DNA from: Craspedostauros australis
Lineage: Eukaryota
Reading direction: 5' to 3'
NCBI GenBank assembly: GCA_030167865.1
Contig: JALAGF010001217.1
Location: forward strand, 1-40,447
DNA: 40,447 nt
Part shown: positions 9,688 to 23,049 of the stretch, piece after piece
How positions within the stretch are numbered: the first letter of the stretch is position 1
How the letters are laid out: every line of letters starts with the position of its first letter
The notes under the pieces: generated by a model
Seen by the model: only the letters and a program-made list of their open reading frames with translations
Databases searched by the model: none
Told to the model about the DNA's origin: nothing
Program-made: the position numbers and the translations under genes

Positions 9688-10068
9688 TTAAATTAAACCT
9701 GAAGAAAGACTTACAAATTTAACAAATTTTTTCTTTTTCAAAATTTTTGGAATGGAGCCTAAAATCCGAGTAGCTATAGGGGTACCCTGTTTGTTAATAA
9801 GAACAACAGAATTTTCAACCGAAGAAAAGCTTAACCCATCTCGCCTCAATTTTTTCGTTTTTGTTCTAATAACTAAAGCCTTAAAAACCCCACCTTTCGA
9901 GACTTTTGCGCTCTCACGAGCTCTATTTCGTAAATTTTGTACCGAAACGATAATGAGGTCTCCTACAATAGCGTAACGTTTTTTAAACCCGCCCAAGACT
10001 TTTATACATTTAACAGTTTTGGCACCTGAGTTATCGGTTACTTTTAATATAGTTTGTTGTTGAATCAT
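9688..10068 (-). CDS. rpl14: Ribosomal protein L14
   Basis: MIQQQTILKVTDNSGAK, ENSVVLI, PIATRILG. Confidence 0.98.
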   Translation of the reverse strand: MIQQQTILKVTDNSGAKTVKCIKVLGGFKKRYAIVGDLIIVSVQNLRNRARESAKVSKGGVFKALVIRTKTKKLRRDGLSFSSVENSVVLINKQGTPIATRILGSIPKILKKKKFVKFVSLSSGLI

Positions 10069-10090
10069 ACAATGACGCAATCATAAAACC

Positions 10091-10164
10091 GCGTTTATGG
10101 CTCAATTGGACAGAGCGTCGGATTTCGGTCCCGAAGGTTGTAGGTTCAAATCCTACTAAACGTA
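10091..10164 (+). tRNA. trnR: tRNA-Arg(UCG)
   Basis: Cloverleaf, loop TT-TCG-GT. Confidence 0.9.
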
Positions 10165-10167
10165 AAG

Positions 10168-10629
10168 CTACCATCTAAATTGAGCCAAGTATCTTTTATT
10201 TGCTAGTGCTTTCGCATGATAATCAGTCTTATAATCAATAGACCTGCTTTTGAGACTTAGAGAATTCGAAATCTCATCCGCTAATTTTTGATACGACAAC
10301 TGAGCTTTCACACTACTTGATGACTTTACCGCTAATCTAAATAATTTCAAAGCGAATAAAACACGATGATTCGCACTCAACACAAATTGTGGTACAATTT
10401 TTATACTTTTACGTTTACCTTTTTTTGTTTTTTGCTCTTTAATTTTAAAAAGTGGTGCCGAATTAACGAGCGAAATTTTAAATAACGATAAAAACCTTTT
10501 CTTTGTTTTTTTTTGCACTAATTTCGAACTAAATTTTAATAGCTTTTCGCTAGTTTCTTTTTTGCCATTTTCTAGCAAAATTGTTAGAATTTTGGATTTT
10601 AACTGCTTAGAATAATTTTGTATAATCAT
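10168..10629 (-). CDS. rps7: Ribosomal protein S7
   Basis: NGKKETSEK, LADEI, HAKALANKRYLAQFRW; follows rps12. Confidence 0.93.
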   Translation of the reverse strand: MIIQNYSKQLKSKILTILLENGKKETSEKLLKFSSKLVQKKTKKRFLSLFKISLVNSAPLFKIKEQKTKKGKRKSIKIVPQFVLSANHRVLFALKLFRLAVKSSSSVKAQLSYQKLADEISNSLSLKSRSIDYKTDYHAKALANKRYLAQFRW

Positions 10630-10659
10630 ATTACTTTTTTATTTCGCTGCCAGTTGAAT

Positions 10660-11040
10660 TTATAAGTATTTTCTGATTTTCTTGGTACCGTATTTTGATC
10701 TAGAAGTCTTTCGTTCTTTTAAGCCAGAAAAGTCAAGCTTACCACGAACTAAATGATACTTTATCCCAGGTAAGTCTTTGACTCTACCCCCTCTAATCAA
10801 GACAGTAGAATATTCTTGTAAGTTGTGACCTTCGCCAGGGATATATGCATAAATCATTTTACCACTGTTCAAACGAAGTTTGACGATTTTACGAAGCGCC
10901 GAGTTTGGTTTTTTTGGAGTCCTTAGAACGAGTTTTGTACAAATTCCTTTTTTTTGAGGACATCTGTTCAATGCAGGAGTCTTATTAAGTTTACGTTTTT
11001 TTAGACGATTTTTCTTGCAGAGTTGGTTTATTGTAGCCAT
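10660..11040 (-). CDS. rps12: Ribosomal protein S12
   Basis: [30 protein letters not shown]. Confidence 0.99.
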   Translation of the reverse strand: MATINQLCKKNRLKKRKLNKTPALNRCPQKKGICTKLVLRTPKKPNSALRKIVKLRLNSGKMIYAYIPGEGHNLQEYSTVLIRGGRVKDLPGIKYHLVRGKLDFSGLKERKTSRSKYGTKKIRKYL

Positions 11041-11060
11041 ACCGTACGTTTATTGCAGAT

Positions 11061-11142
11061 TACCAAAAAGGGGACTTGAACCCCTACTCACTTAAGAACT
11101 AGAACCTAAACCTAGCATGTCTACCAATTTCATCATTTTGGC
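11061..11142 (-). tRNA. trnL: tRNA-Leu(UAG)
   Basis: CTAGG-TTTAGGT-TCTAG, long variable arm. Confidence 0.95.
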
Positions 11143-11158
11143 TTGCTCAAAGATAAAT

Positions 11159-11239
11159 TACTCGCTATCGGACTTGAACCGATACTCATATAGAATCAGA
11201 TTTTAAGTCTGACGTGTCTACCAATTCCACCAAACGAGC
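11159..11239 (-). tRNA. trnL: tRNA-Leu(UAA)
   Basis: TCAGA-CTTAAAA-TCTGA. Confidence 0.95.
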
Positions 11240-11259
11240 CATAGTTAAAACGCAAAAAA

Positions 11260-11481
11260 ATGCCGCAGTTCGATTTCTCTACTTTATCTATTATTCTAGT
11301 AAGTTCTTTAGTAAGTGTAATGATTTATTATTCGTTCATTTCACTTCAGTTATTACCAGAAGTAATAACAACTTTTAAATTCCGTGCTAAAAGATTGTTG
11401 AAAAATGAATCTTTAACACTAACTTCAGTTTCTTTACCAAATTTTTTTAGTTATCACTCAATAACTGAACTAAAAAAATAA
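11260..11481 (+). CDS. atp8: ATP synthase subunit 8
   Basis: MPQFD start, single TM helix, basic KFRAKR. Confidence 0.92.
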   Translation: MPQFDFSTLSIILVSSLVSVMIYYSFISLQLLPEVITTFKFRAKRLLKNESLTLTSVSLPNFFSYHSITELKK

Positions 11482-11496
11482 AACATAAAAATGAAA

Positions 11497-11569
11497 GGGG
11501 GTATAACTCAATTGGTAGAGTGTGTGCTTTGCAAGCACAAAGTTATCGGTTCGAGCCCGATTACCTCCA
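11497..11569 (+). tRNA. trnA: tRNA-Ala(UGC)
   Basis: TGTGC-TTTGCAA-GCACA, G3:U70 pair. Confidence 0.96.
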
Positions 11570-11577
11570 TATTTTAA

Positions 11578-11649
11578 CTCTTCAGGTAGGATTTGAACCT
11601 ACGGCCTAATGGTTAACAGCCACTTGCTCTACCACTGAGCTACAGAAGA
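11578..11649 (-). tRNA. trnN: tRNA-Asn(GUU)
   Basis: Loop CT-GTT-AA. Confidence 0.95.
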
Positions 11650-11666
11650 TTATAAGCCTATCTCTA

Positions 11667-12368
11667 TTAAAGCGTAATTGTTAAAGATTGAATTTTAAGA
11701 TGATGATTAAATATTGGTTGAGTATTTCTCTCTACACAATTATCCGCTAATGTTAATTGTAATGTTTTATAATTAATTACAAAGTGCTTAGGTGGTATTG
11801 GCCAAAAGTTAGCCATATCTATATTCTTTCTTACCATTTTTCTAATACTAGGATCACTTTGGATCTGAACAATATCCCCAGAACCTACCGTATAATGACA
11901 CGTGGACACAGTATGGCCGTTTACAAGAATATGTTTGTGCAATATTAATTGCCGAGCCTGACCAATGCTCGATGAAAAATTCGAACGATATAAGACAGTG
12001 TCCAATCGACATTCAAAATAGTCAACAATACTTCGTGTCATATTACCTTTGGTTTTCGCTTTACTTATTATGTTTTTGAAAGTAGACTGTTTTATATTTC
12101 CATAAAAAAGCTTTATCGTTTTAACAGTTAACAGATTATTTTTAAATTTTCTTCGAAAAGAATTGCCACGACCAGCAAATTTAGACACAGTTAACTGATA
12201 TTGGTCTTTAATTCTAAATCTTCTAGTGAACGTTAATTGACGACGTGAGTATCTTTGAAGCTTTTTCCATTTCTGCTTGTTAAAACGAAATAATTTGAGC
12301 CGATTTTGTATATTTTTTCTAATGCGTAAAACTTGTTTATGAAACGGTTGATATCTTTTATTACTCAT
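11667..12368 (-). CDS. rps4: Ribosomal protein S4
   Basis: S4 domain FECRLDTVLYRSNF..SIGQARQLILHKHILVNG. Confidence 0.96.
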   Translation of the reverse strand: MSNKRYQPFHKQVLRIRKNIQNRLKLFRFNKQKWKKLQRYSRRQLTFTRRFRIKDQYQLTVSKFAGRGNSFRRKFKNNLLTVKTIKLFYGNIKQSTFKNIISKAKTKGNMTRSIVDYFECRLDTVLYRSNFSSSIGQARQLILHKHILVNGHTVSTCHYTVGSGDIVQIQSDPSIRKMVRKNIDMANFWPIPPKHFVINYKTLQLTLADNCVERNTQPIFNHHLKIQSLTITL

Positions 12369-12380
12369 GTCTTCTAATAA

Positions 12381-12971
12381 TTATCTTAAACGGCTTAACA
12401 CAGCATTCGTTAAAATTAAAGCCAAATCACCTAAAATAGGCTTTTGCAAGATTACATCGTAATTTAATTTAAATTTTTGTTCAGCTTCAATATTTACTGA
12501 TGTAAAATTAATCAGTGGTATTCGCAAATCGTTACACTGTCTCACTACATGTTTATCTTCTTGACCAATGGAACTAAACAACACAACCAAATCAGGTCGT
12601 TGATTATATTTTTTAAATTGAGAAAGCTTGGAAAAGGCTTTCGAATCATTTAACAAAAGTTTTTGCACAACACCTTTATTTAAACTCAAATTTCTATACT
12701 TAAAGTCTTTTGAAAACATAAGATTATCTTTAGAGTCTTTAACGAAACCTTTGCCTAAAGTTGTAGAAGAATTGAAAAACCAAACAAGCTTTTTATTTCC
12801 AACATATTTAAATATTAATCTCAAGGCCTTTTTTAAATTTATTATTTTATGATTCAGACAGCTCCCCATTTCAATATTTTTTATATTTTTTTGTTCCTTA
12901 TAAATTTTAAATTTGATTAATTGTAATTTAAAAAAACGGTTTGATTTTTTAAAATTTTTATTTATTTTCAT
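12381..12971 (-). CDS. rps2: Ribosomal protein S2 (divergent)
   Basis: IINLKKALRLI, RPDLVVLF, CNDLRIPLI; position in rps8-rpl6-rps2-rps4 block. Confidence 0.8.
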   Translation of the reverse strand: MKINKNFKKSNRFFKLQLIKFKIYKEQKNIKNIEMGSCLNHKIINLKKALRLIFKYVGNKKLVWFFNSSTTLGKGFVKDSKDNLMFSKDFKYRNLSLNKGVVQKLLLNDSKAFSKLSQFKKYNQRPDLVVLFSSIGQEDKHVVRQCNDLRIPLINFTSVNIEAEQKFKLNYDVILQKPILGDLALILTNAVLSRLR

Positions 12972-12973
12972 AA

Positions 12974-13546
12974 TTAAATTTTTTTCCCGCGCTTTAAAAC
13001 AAGAGTCTCTTTTTCATACAAGACCCCCTTACCTTTGTAAGGTTCCGGAGTCTTACATGCACGAATAGAAGCTGACAGTTGGGTCAATTTATCATAACTA
13101 ACATCACCGTATAAAGATATTTTCGTTTGTTTAGGACACGCTGCAACAATATTCTCAGGTATTTTAAAATAAATTGAATGACTATACCCAAGCTTAAAGT
13201 TTAATTGACCTTTTGCAGATCCCACAGGAAAGACCTTATAACCAACACCAATTAACTTTAACTTCGAATACAAGACATAAACAATCTCAGTTAAACTTTG
13301 CCGAATCAACACCACAGTGAGTTGCTGCAATGACTTTAGACGCCCTTGAGTTAATGAAGATTGAGAACGCCACATCTTTTGACTTATTACGATGATATTT
13401 GGAGAAGGTAAGATAAAAACTATTACTTTAAGCTTTAGTGATTTTGTTTTAGTATCTCCCATCAATGTTAATAATTGTTTTTTTTGATCATAAATTATTT
13501 TTATATTTTGTGGTACCTTTATTATATGTTTCTTTTGTAAACTCAT
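12974..13546 (-). CDS. rpl6: Ribosomal protein L6
   Basis: LIGVGYK, KLGYSH, PEPYKGKGV. Confidence 0.97.
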   Translation of the reverse strand: MSLQKKHIIKVPQNIKIIYDQKKQLLTLMGDTKTKSLKLKVIVFILPSPNIIVISQKMWRSQSSLTQGRLKSLQQLTVVLIRQSLTEIVYVLYSKLKLIGVGYKVFPVGSAKGQLNFKLGYSHSIYFKIPENIVAACPKQTKISLYGDVSYDKLTQLSASIRACKTPEPYKGKGVLYEKETLVLKRGKKI

Positions 13547-13554
13547 TAATTCTA

Positions 13555-13938
13555 TTAATATATAAATATAAAAGGCTCTCCTCCAACATTACCTTTTTTA
13601 CACTGTTTAAGAGATTTTAAACCCTTATTAGTTGAAAAAATAAGGAATGTTTTACTCGAGTCAATCTTCCAAATTTGCTTAGACGAGTAATACACCCTTT
13701 GACTAGGCTTAGACATAAATTTTATAACGTTAATTGCAGGCTCACCAGTTTTTCTGTATTTTAAAAAAACTTTTAATTGGTAAGAATCACGAACACTATA
13801 ACCTGATATGAAACCCTCATCCCATAAAATTTGTAAGAAAGACTCCAGTATACTTTGACGAGGTAGTATAACAATACTTTTTTTTGCTGACTGACCATTA
13901 TTTATTGTTGCGAAGGCGTTCCATAAATGATTTTTCAT
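13555..13938 (-). CDS. rps8: Ribosomal protein S8
   Basis: ILWDEGFISGY, SKPSQRVY, STNKGL, VGGE; ATG 13938 abuts trnF. Confidence 0.96.
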   Translation of the reverse strand: MKNHLWNAFATINNGQSAKKSIVILPRQSILESFLQILWDEGFISGYSVRDSYQLKVFLKYRKTGEPAINVIKFMSKPSQRVYYSSKQIWKIDSSKTFLIFSTNKGLKSLKQCKKGNVGGEPFIFIY

Positions 13939-14011
13939 TGTCCAGAGGCAGGTTTGAACTGCCGTCACAAGGATTTTCAGTCCTTTGCTCTACCAACTGA
14001 GCTATCTAGAC
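13939..14011 (-). tRNA. trnF: tRNA-Phe(GAA)
   Basis: AAGGA-CTGAAAA-TCCTT. Confidence 0.96.
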
Positions 14012-14213
14012 ATTTATGTCGTAGGATTCTACTATTTTGAATTCGGGGATGAAACGGGTTCTTTCTTTCGAACTTTATGTGCTAAGATGATCCAATGTCT
14101 GATAATATTTTAAGTAAGTTTCTTTGTACAACATCTAAAGAGAAAAAAAATGGTACTTATTGAAGTGTCCAATAGAATACGATACCATTTTTTTCGTCTA
14201 TAGCGAAAACGGT

Positions 14214-15322
14214 TATAGAGTTTGAAGATACTTTGTTTTTATTCGAGTCCACAATAGGGTAAAAATCTTTATCAGACGATATCGAGAGTTTTTGTAATTT
14301 GTCGTAAAAGTTCTTGTCAATTTTTTTCATGAGATCTATTTAAACAAAAAAAAAGGAAAAACTATATAGGACTAGGTTATTTTTTTCTTCATCCTTCTTT
14401 TTGGCTTGACTTAAACAAGGATGAAGAAAACTTGCGATGATTAGTCTTATAAGACCTAAGGGATTCAAGTACGTTAAATTGATTTCACAAGAAAAGACCT
14501 TTGATAATATAGAGAAAATGTGATAAGCTTGGAAAGTTAAGGAAGGGAAGAGCAATTTATCATAATTTTTTAGGAGTCCCACCCCCAGGTCTTGATTATT
14601 TGATGGAGTTACAACAATGTGAAAATCTAAAAACATGACGGAAATATTGTAAAGTGAACTCCACAAAAGCGGAAAAGCTATGATTTCAACCGCTGCCAGA
14701 GCCTGCTTTTGGTTAAAGATAAGGAAAAAGCATCTGATCAGTAAAAAGAACAAAGCTAAAGTAGGAGAAAATAGTAAGACGAAAGTCGTAAGAAAGAATT
14801 TAAGTAAAAAATTAAGATCCATTATTCCACCATATAGAGAAGGATTATGAGAATTTTCCTGAAGCTCCTTTCGAGCTAAATAAGCGCAGGTGTAAAATTT
14901 CCTATTTAAGTAACGACTTAGAGCTTTTTGATCTTTTGAAGAGGTACTTTTCATTAAATTTGTTACTTCCGAATAATCAAGCTCCAAGCTAAGCCTATCC
15001 AAATACTCTTTACTGTTGTACATTTCATTATATTTGTGTACAACCTTCCTGCTCTGTATCTGTCGTCCTTGAAGTTTTCTTCAAGATACCCGTACGAGAC
15101 TATTCTTTCGAAGTTAGTCCGATTGCTACTTGTAACCAATCTTCGTGAAATGTTGTCTGGAGTATCTAAAATACTATCAATAACATTAAATTGATTTTTG
15201 ATTTTCTTGAAGACTTCAGAGCAACTGAAATACTTTTCAAGATTCTGGCTAAAAGCTAAATATGGTTGTTCTTCAATCAACCTGCCAAAAAGATACTGTT
15301 TAAAGATTATAAGCTTCTTTAA
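14214..15322 (-). pseudogene. Fragmented ORFan, probable membrane protein (pieces 14963-15322, 14340-15023, 14214-14339)
   Basis: Two overlapping ORFs joinable by a single-base frameshift at ATGAAATG (15021-15028); frame reopens for 41 codons after the TAA at 14340; several hydrophobic stretches; no recognisable family. Confidence 0.5.
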
Positions 15323-15329
15323 CTATAAA

Positions 15330-16088
15330 TTAATGTAATGCCTCACTTTCATTTAAATAAATGGAACTTAAGGTTATAAAAACGTAAGCCTGAATAAGAG
15401 CTACCCCAAGCTCTAAACCCATTAAAATTACTAATATTAAAAGAGGAATTACAAAAATAATTGCTTGCAAGTTTTCTACCAAAAGTATATTCCATGAGAA
15501 TCCGACAATTACCTTTAGCAAACTATGTCCTGCCATTAAATTAATAAAAAGTCGCACACCTAAACTGATAGGCTTAGCAATAAACGAAATTAACTCAATA
15601 GGCACGATTAATAAAGCAAGAAAGAATCCCGTATTGGCAGGTAAAAAAAGTGAAAAAAACTCGATACCGTGTTTCTGAAAACCTATCACATTCATAGCAA
15701 CAAAAATTGAAAAAGACATAAAAAAAGTAAGGGTAATATGACTAGTTACAGTGAAACTGTATGGAACAAGACCAATTAAGTTATTTGAAAGAATAAAAAT
15801 AAACAATAAAGCCATTACCGGAAAATATTTTTCACTCCCAGTTGTGATAATATCTGAGAGAAGTTGAGTGATAAGACCGTAAATTTTCTCAATAAGATGC
15901 TGCCATCCAGTTGGAATTACGAAAAATGAATTAGAATGAATATCTTTCATTAAAAAAACTAAGCTCCGCAGAGTAAAAATAGTTAATAAAGAGACTAACA
16001 AAAAATTTGTTGCAGATAAATCTACACCAACAATGACTAAACTAAATAAAGGAGCTATTTTAAATTGATCTAAAGGACTATATAGCAT
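15330..16088 (-). CDS. atp6: ATP synthase subunit a
   Basis: SPLDQF, NLIGLVPYSFTVTSH, ISLGVRLFINLMAGH, LELGVALIQAYVF. Confidence 0.99.
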   Translation of the reverse strand: MLYSPLDQFKIAPLFSLVIVGVDLSATNFLLVSLLTIFTLRSLVFLMKDIHSNSFFVIPTGWQHLIEKIYGLITQLLSDIITTGSEKYFPVMALLFIFILSNNLIGLVPYSFTVTSHITLTFFMSFSIFVAMNVIGFQKHGIEFFSLFLPANTGFFLALLIVPIELISFIAKPISLGVRLFINLMAGHSLLKVIVGFSWNILLVENLQAIIFVIPLLILVILMGLELGVALIQAYVFITLSSIYLNESEALH

Positions 16089-16102
16089 TCAAGAACTTTA
16101 AA

Positions 16103-16422
16103 TTAATGTTTTGTTGTTATTCGGTTTGAATAAAACGCTTCAAATGCAATAAAGAAAAAAAGAAGAAACGATGCTGCTGAAATATATGAACCCCACGACG
16201 CTACTTTATTGAAAGCGTAAAAAGCATCTGGGTAATCAGGAATACGACGAGGCATACCAGCAACTCCTAACCAATGCATTGGAAAAAAAGTTAAATTAAC
16301 GCCTGCAAAAAACGTCCAAAAATGAATTTGTGCTAAAATTTCAGAATATTTAACACCAGTGATTTTATCAAACCAATAATATATACCACCAAATACTGAA
16401 AAAATTGCACCCATAGAAAGAA
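16103..16422 (-). CDS. cox1: Cytochrome c oxidase subunit 1, exon 2
   Basis: (G)TT CTT TCT ATG = [31 protein letters not shown]; spliced CDS 1506 nt / 501 aa. Confidence 0.97.
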
Positions 16423-19955
<3,533 letters not shown>

Positions 19956-19967
19956 CTAAAACGAACG

Positions 19968-20267
19968 TTACCAAACAGATTTACGGATACCACTAATTAA
20001 ACCTGCTTTAGCTAATCGTAAAAAAACAACCCGTGAAAATTTTGAAAATTTAAAAAAAGTTCTTCGATTAATTGTTTTGATACACCTATTCGATAAATGC
20101 GTTTTTGAATTATTTTTTATTGACTGAGACAAATTATACAAGACTCTCCATCTAAGAGTCTGCGGTAAATTTTGATTTAAAGAAATATGTTTCGATATAA
20201 AAGTCTTCAATTCAGTTAGATTTACTAATTTTCGATTTAACGTATCTTTTGCAAATATTTTTTTCAT
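19968..20267 (-). CDS. rps14: Ribosomal protein S14
   Basis: KD..NRK, SKTHLSNRCI, SRVVFLRLAKAGLISGIRKSVW. Confidence 0.95.
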   Translation of the reverse strand: MKKIFAKDTLNRKLVNLTELKTFISKHISLNQNLPQTLRWRVLYNLSQSIKNNSKTHLSNRCIKTINRRTFFKFSKFSRVVFLRLAKAGLISGIRKSVW

Positions 20268-20273
20268 TTTCAA

Positions 20274-20846
20274 TTATTTTAATTCAAGAGATTCCCAAGG
20301 AGACGCAAATTTAAAAGCTCGAAACTCTTGAGCCAACTCCACCCTTTCATTAGACACCCGTTTACGAGTGTAATCATAGCTCACCTCAATAAATCCTGTA
20401 AGAGGGAAGTCTTTTCTAAGTGGGTAACCTTCAAAACCATAATCAGTAAGAAGACGAACTAAATTGCTATGATTGGCAAAAAATATCCCAAACATATCCC
20501 AAATCTCAGACTCATACCAACCCGCAGCCAGAAAAACATTTTCAACAGAATCAACAGGAGATAATTCATTTGTGAATGTTTTAACTCTTAAACGAGTATT
20601 GTACCTAACACTCAAAAGTTCATAGACAAGCGTAAATCTGTTAACGTTTTCAGGATAATCGACACCAGAAATACAAGTTAGCATTTTAAACTGAAAATTT
20701 ATGTGATTTTTTAAAAACAATAGAACGGAAAAAATATGCTCCTTCTTAACGATTAAAGTAACATCATTATGATGAAATTGTATTTTTACGATCGGCAACG
20801 ATCGAGTTAATATTTTAAGATTTTCAGTAACAAATAAATTATTCAT
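20274..20846 (-). CDS. nad9: NADH dehydrogenase subunit 9
   Basis: ISGVDYP, WYESEIWDMFG, LLTDYGFEGYPLRKDFPL. Confidence 0.98.
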   Translation of the reverse strand: MNNLFVTENLKILTRSLPIVKIQFHHNDVTLIVKKEHIFSVLLFLKNHINFQFKMLTCISGVDYPENVNRFTLVYELLSVRYNTRLRVKTFTNELSPVDSVENVFLAAGWYESEIWDMFGIFFANHSNLVRLLTDYGFEGYPLRKDFPLTGFIEVSYDYTRKRVSNERVELAQEFRAFKFASPWESLELK

Positions 20847-21205
20847 ATTAAAAGTAATTTTCGAACACGACGAGCCGATTTAGCATTAGTATGGGTTCGC
20901 TGACCACGTACCGGAAGACCCTTAATTCGACGTATTCCACGGTAAGACCTTGTTAAAATTAATCGTTTTATTTGAAATGACTCAAATTTCCTTAACTCAT
21001 TATTGATTTTCCAACCCAACCTATCAATAAGTTTTAGTAAATCAAAAGTTTGTTCTTGAGTCAAGTGTTTAACTTTTAAATTAGATGAAAAGCCTAATTT
21101 TTTACACAATGTCCTTGCTTTAGTCAACCCTATACCATAAATAGAAGTTAATGCAAATAATAAAGGCTTGTTCTCACGTAATTTTGTTTCAAGTATATAG
21201 AGCAT
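20843..21205 (-). CDS. rps13: Ribosomal protein S13
   Basis: ALTSIYGIG, SYRGIRR..GLPVRGQRTHTNA; TGA stop overlaps nad9 ATG (ATGA). Confidence 0.98.
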   Translation of the reverse strand: MLYILETKLRENKPLLFALTSIYGIGLTKARTLCKKLGFSSNLKVKHLTQEQTFDLLKLIDRLGWKINNELRKFESFQIKRLILTRSYRGIRRIKGLPVRGQRTHTNAKSARRVRKLLLI

Positions 21206-21208
21206 GTT

Positions 21209-22696
21209 TTAAAAATACATATTTTCAATCAAGTTATTTACACTCATATGAACAGAATTTAAATAAAGATCAGGAACAATACCTAAAATTAATGTGTAAA
21301 CAATCAAAGCTAAAAAAATAACAAACTCTCGCTTATTAATGTCTAAATTTTGAGCAAGATATAGATTTTTCAAATTTCCGAACGCAATTCTATTAAATAA
21401 CCAAAGAGAGTAACATCCACCGAGGACCATACCCGTAGCACCAAAAAAAGTCACACTTGAATTTACTTTAAATGAACCAACTAAAATAAGGAACTCTCCA
21501 ATAAATCCACTGGTTCCAGGAAAACCTATGTTTGCCATAGTAAAAAATAAGAAAATAGAAATATATAGCGGCATAGTATGAGCCAAACCACCGTAATATT
21601 TAACCAAACGCGTCCTATATCGTTCATATACTACACCAATAACTACAAAAAGTGCACTCGCGACAAAACCATGACTTAGGCTTTGTAGTAAAGCACCTTC
21701 AATACCAATATTATTGAAACTAAAGATACCTAACATTACAACATTCATATGAGCAACAGAAGTATAAGCAATAATCCGTTTAAAGTCAGTCTGTCGAATA
21801 GCTGTCAAAGATGTATAAACAATACCAACGAGTGATACTGTATACACAAATGGGGCAAAATAAAATGAAGCTTGAGGAAATAAAGGTAAAGAAAATCTAA
21901 TAAAGCCATATGTTCCTAGTTTTAGAAGCACACCGGCGAGTATCACAGAACCTGCTGTAGGTGCTTCTACGTGAGCTTCGGGCAACCATAAATGAACAGG
22001 CATCATAGGAACTTTTGCAGCAAAAGCAAGAAAAAAAGTAAACCAAAGAAATTTTTGTTCCAACTCGGAAAAGGTAAATGTAAGCAAAATTTCATAATCA
22101 GTAGTCCCTGCCTGGTAATATATATAAAGTATAGACAATAACATCAATACAGAACCTAATAATGTGTACAAAAAGAAATAGAAACCTGCTAAAACTTTCC
22201 GTTCTCGGGAACCCCAAATTCCGATTATCAAAAACATAGGAATAAGTATACTTTCAAACAAAATATAAAAAAGCAAAACATCTAAAACACAAAAAACTCC
22301 TATTAGTAAAAATTCAATTAGTAAGAATGATATTAAATAGCCTTTTACGTTATATTGAATGGCATTCCAACTTATTAATAAACAGAGTGGAATTAAAAGA
22401 GTTGTCAAAAGAAGAAAAAATAAGGAAATACCATCTACTCCTAATGTAATATTTAAATTTAAAATCGGAATCCAAAAAATCTTAGTCACATACTGAAATG
22501 TCCCAACAGACTTTTCAAAACCTGACCAAACAAATAAAAACCCGATCAAAGGAAGAAAAGAACTATGTAAGGCTACTTTTTTCAGCAAAGCTTTATTTTC
22601 TGAATCAATAAAAAACAATGATAAAATTCCTATAAACGGAATAAAAGAAATATAGATCAATAGATCTTGAATTATAAAATCAAAATTGAGATTCAT
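21209..22696 (-). CDS. nad4: NADH dehydrogenase subunit 4
   Basis: HLWLPEAHVEAPTAGSVILAGVLLKLG, DFKRIIAYTSVAHM. Confidence 0.99.
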   Translation of the reverse strand: MNLNFDFIIQDLLIYISFIPFIGILSLFFIDSENKALLKKVALHSSFLPLIGFLFVWSGFEKSVGTFQYVTKIFWIPILNLNITLGVDGISLFFLLLTTLLIPLCLLISWNAIQYNVKGYLISFLLIEFLLIGVFCVLDVLLFYILFESILIPMFLIIGIWGSRERKVLAGFYFFLYTLLGSVLMLLSILYIYYQAGTTDYEILLTFTFSELEQKFLWFTFFLAFAAKVPMMPVHLWLPEAHVEAPTAGSVILAGVLLKLGTYGFIRFSLPLFPQASFYFAPFVYTVSLVGIVYTSLTAIRQTDFKRIIAYTSVAHMNVVMLGIFSFNNIGIEGALLQSLSHGFVASALFVVIGVVYERYRTRLVKYYGGLAHTMPLYISIFLFFTMANIGFPGTSGFIGEFLILVGSFKVNSSVTFFGATGMVLGGCYSLWLFNRIAFGNLKNLYLAQNLDINKREFVIFLALIVYTLILGIVPDLYLNSVHMSVNNLIENMYF

Positions 22697-22732
22697 TGAT
22701 TTGGAAAAGGAATCTAACCTTTATTAATAACA

Positions 22733-22804
22733 TTGGAATAAAAGGATTCGAACCTTTGAATGATCGTACCAAAAACGATCGCCTTGCCACTTGGCTATAT
22801 TCCA
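22733..22804 (-). tRNA. trnQ: tRNA-Gln(UUG)
   Basis: ATCGT-TTTTGGT-ACGAT. Confidence 0.95.
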
Positions 22805-22813
22805 TATTTAAAT

Positions 22814-23011
22814 CTAAATTTTAAAGTATCGAGTCTTGTAAAGAGAACTAAATTTCAAATCAATCGAAGTCTTTACTCTCTTTTGATTTAAAAAAAAGTT
22901 TACTTCATCTTTTTTTTTTAGTAGAATACACTGTGTTTTATCACCTAAACTGAAGATAGTGTGAAAAGAAAAAGAACCATCTGAGGAAACCTTTAATATT
23001 CTCGTATTCAT
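22814..23011 (-). CDS. Small basic ORF (65 aa), probable divergent ribosomal protein L31
   Basis: MNTRILKVSSDGSFSF...KDEVNFFLNQ...YKTRYF; xDGS, D-x2-N-aromatic and C-terminal Y-K-x-R-Y pattern resemble organellar bL31. Confidence 0.6.
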   Translation of the reverse strand: MNTRILKVSSDGSFSFHTIFSLGDKTQCILLKKKDEVNFFLNQKRVKTSIDLKFSSLYKTRYFKI

Positions 23012-23049
23012 AGACTTTAGCAAGAAATATTTCAAGAACGGCAAACAAA

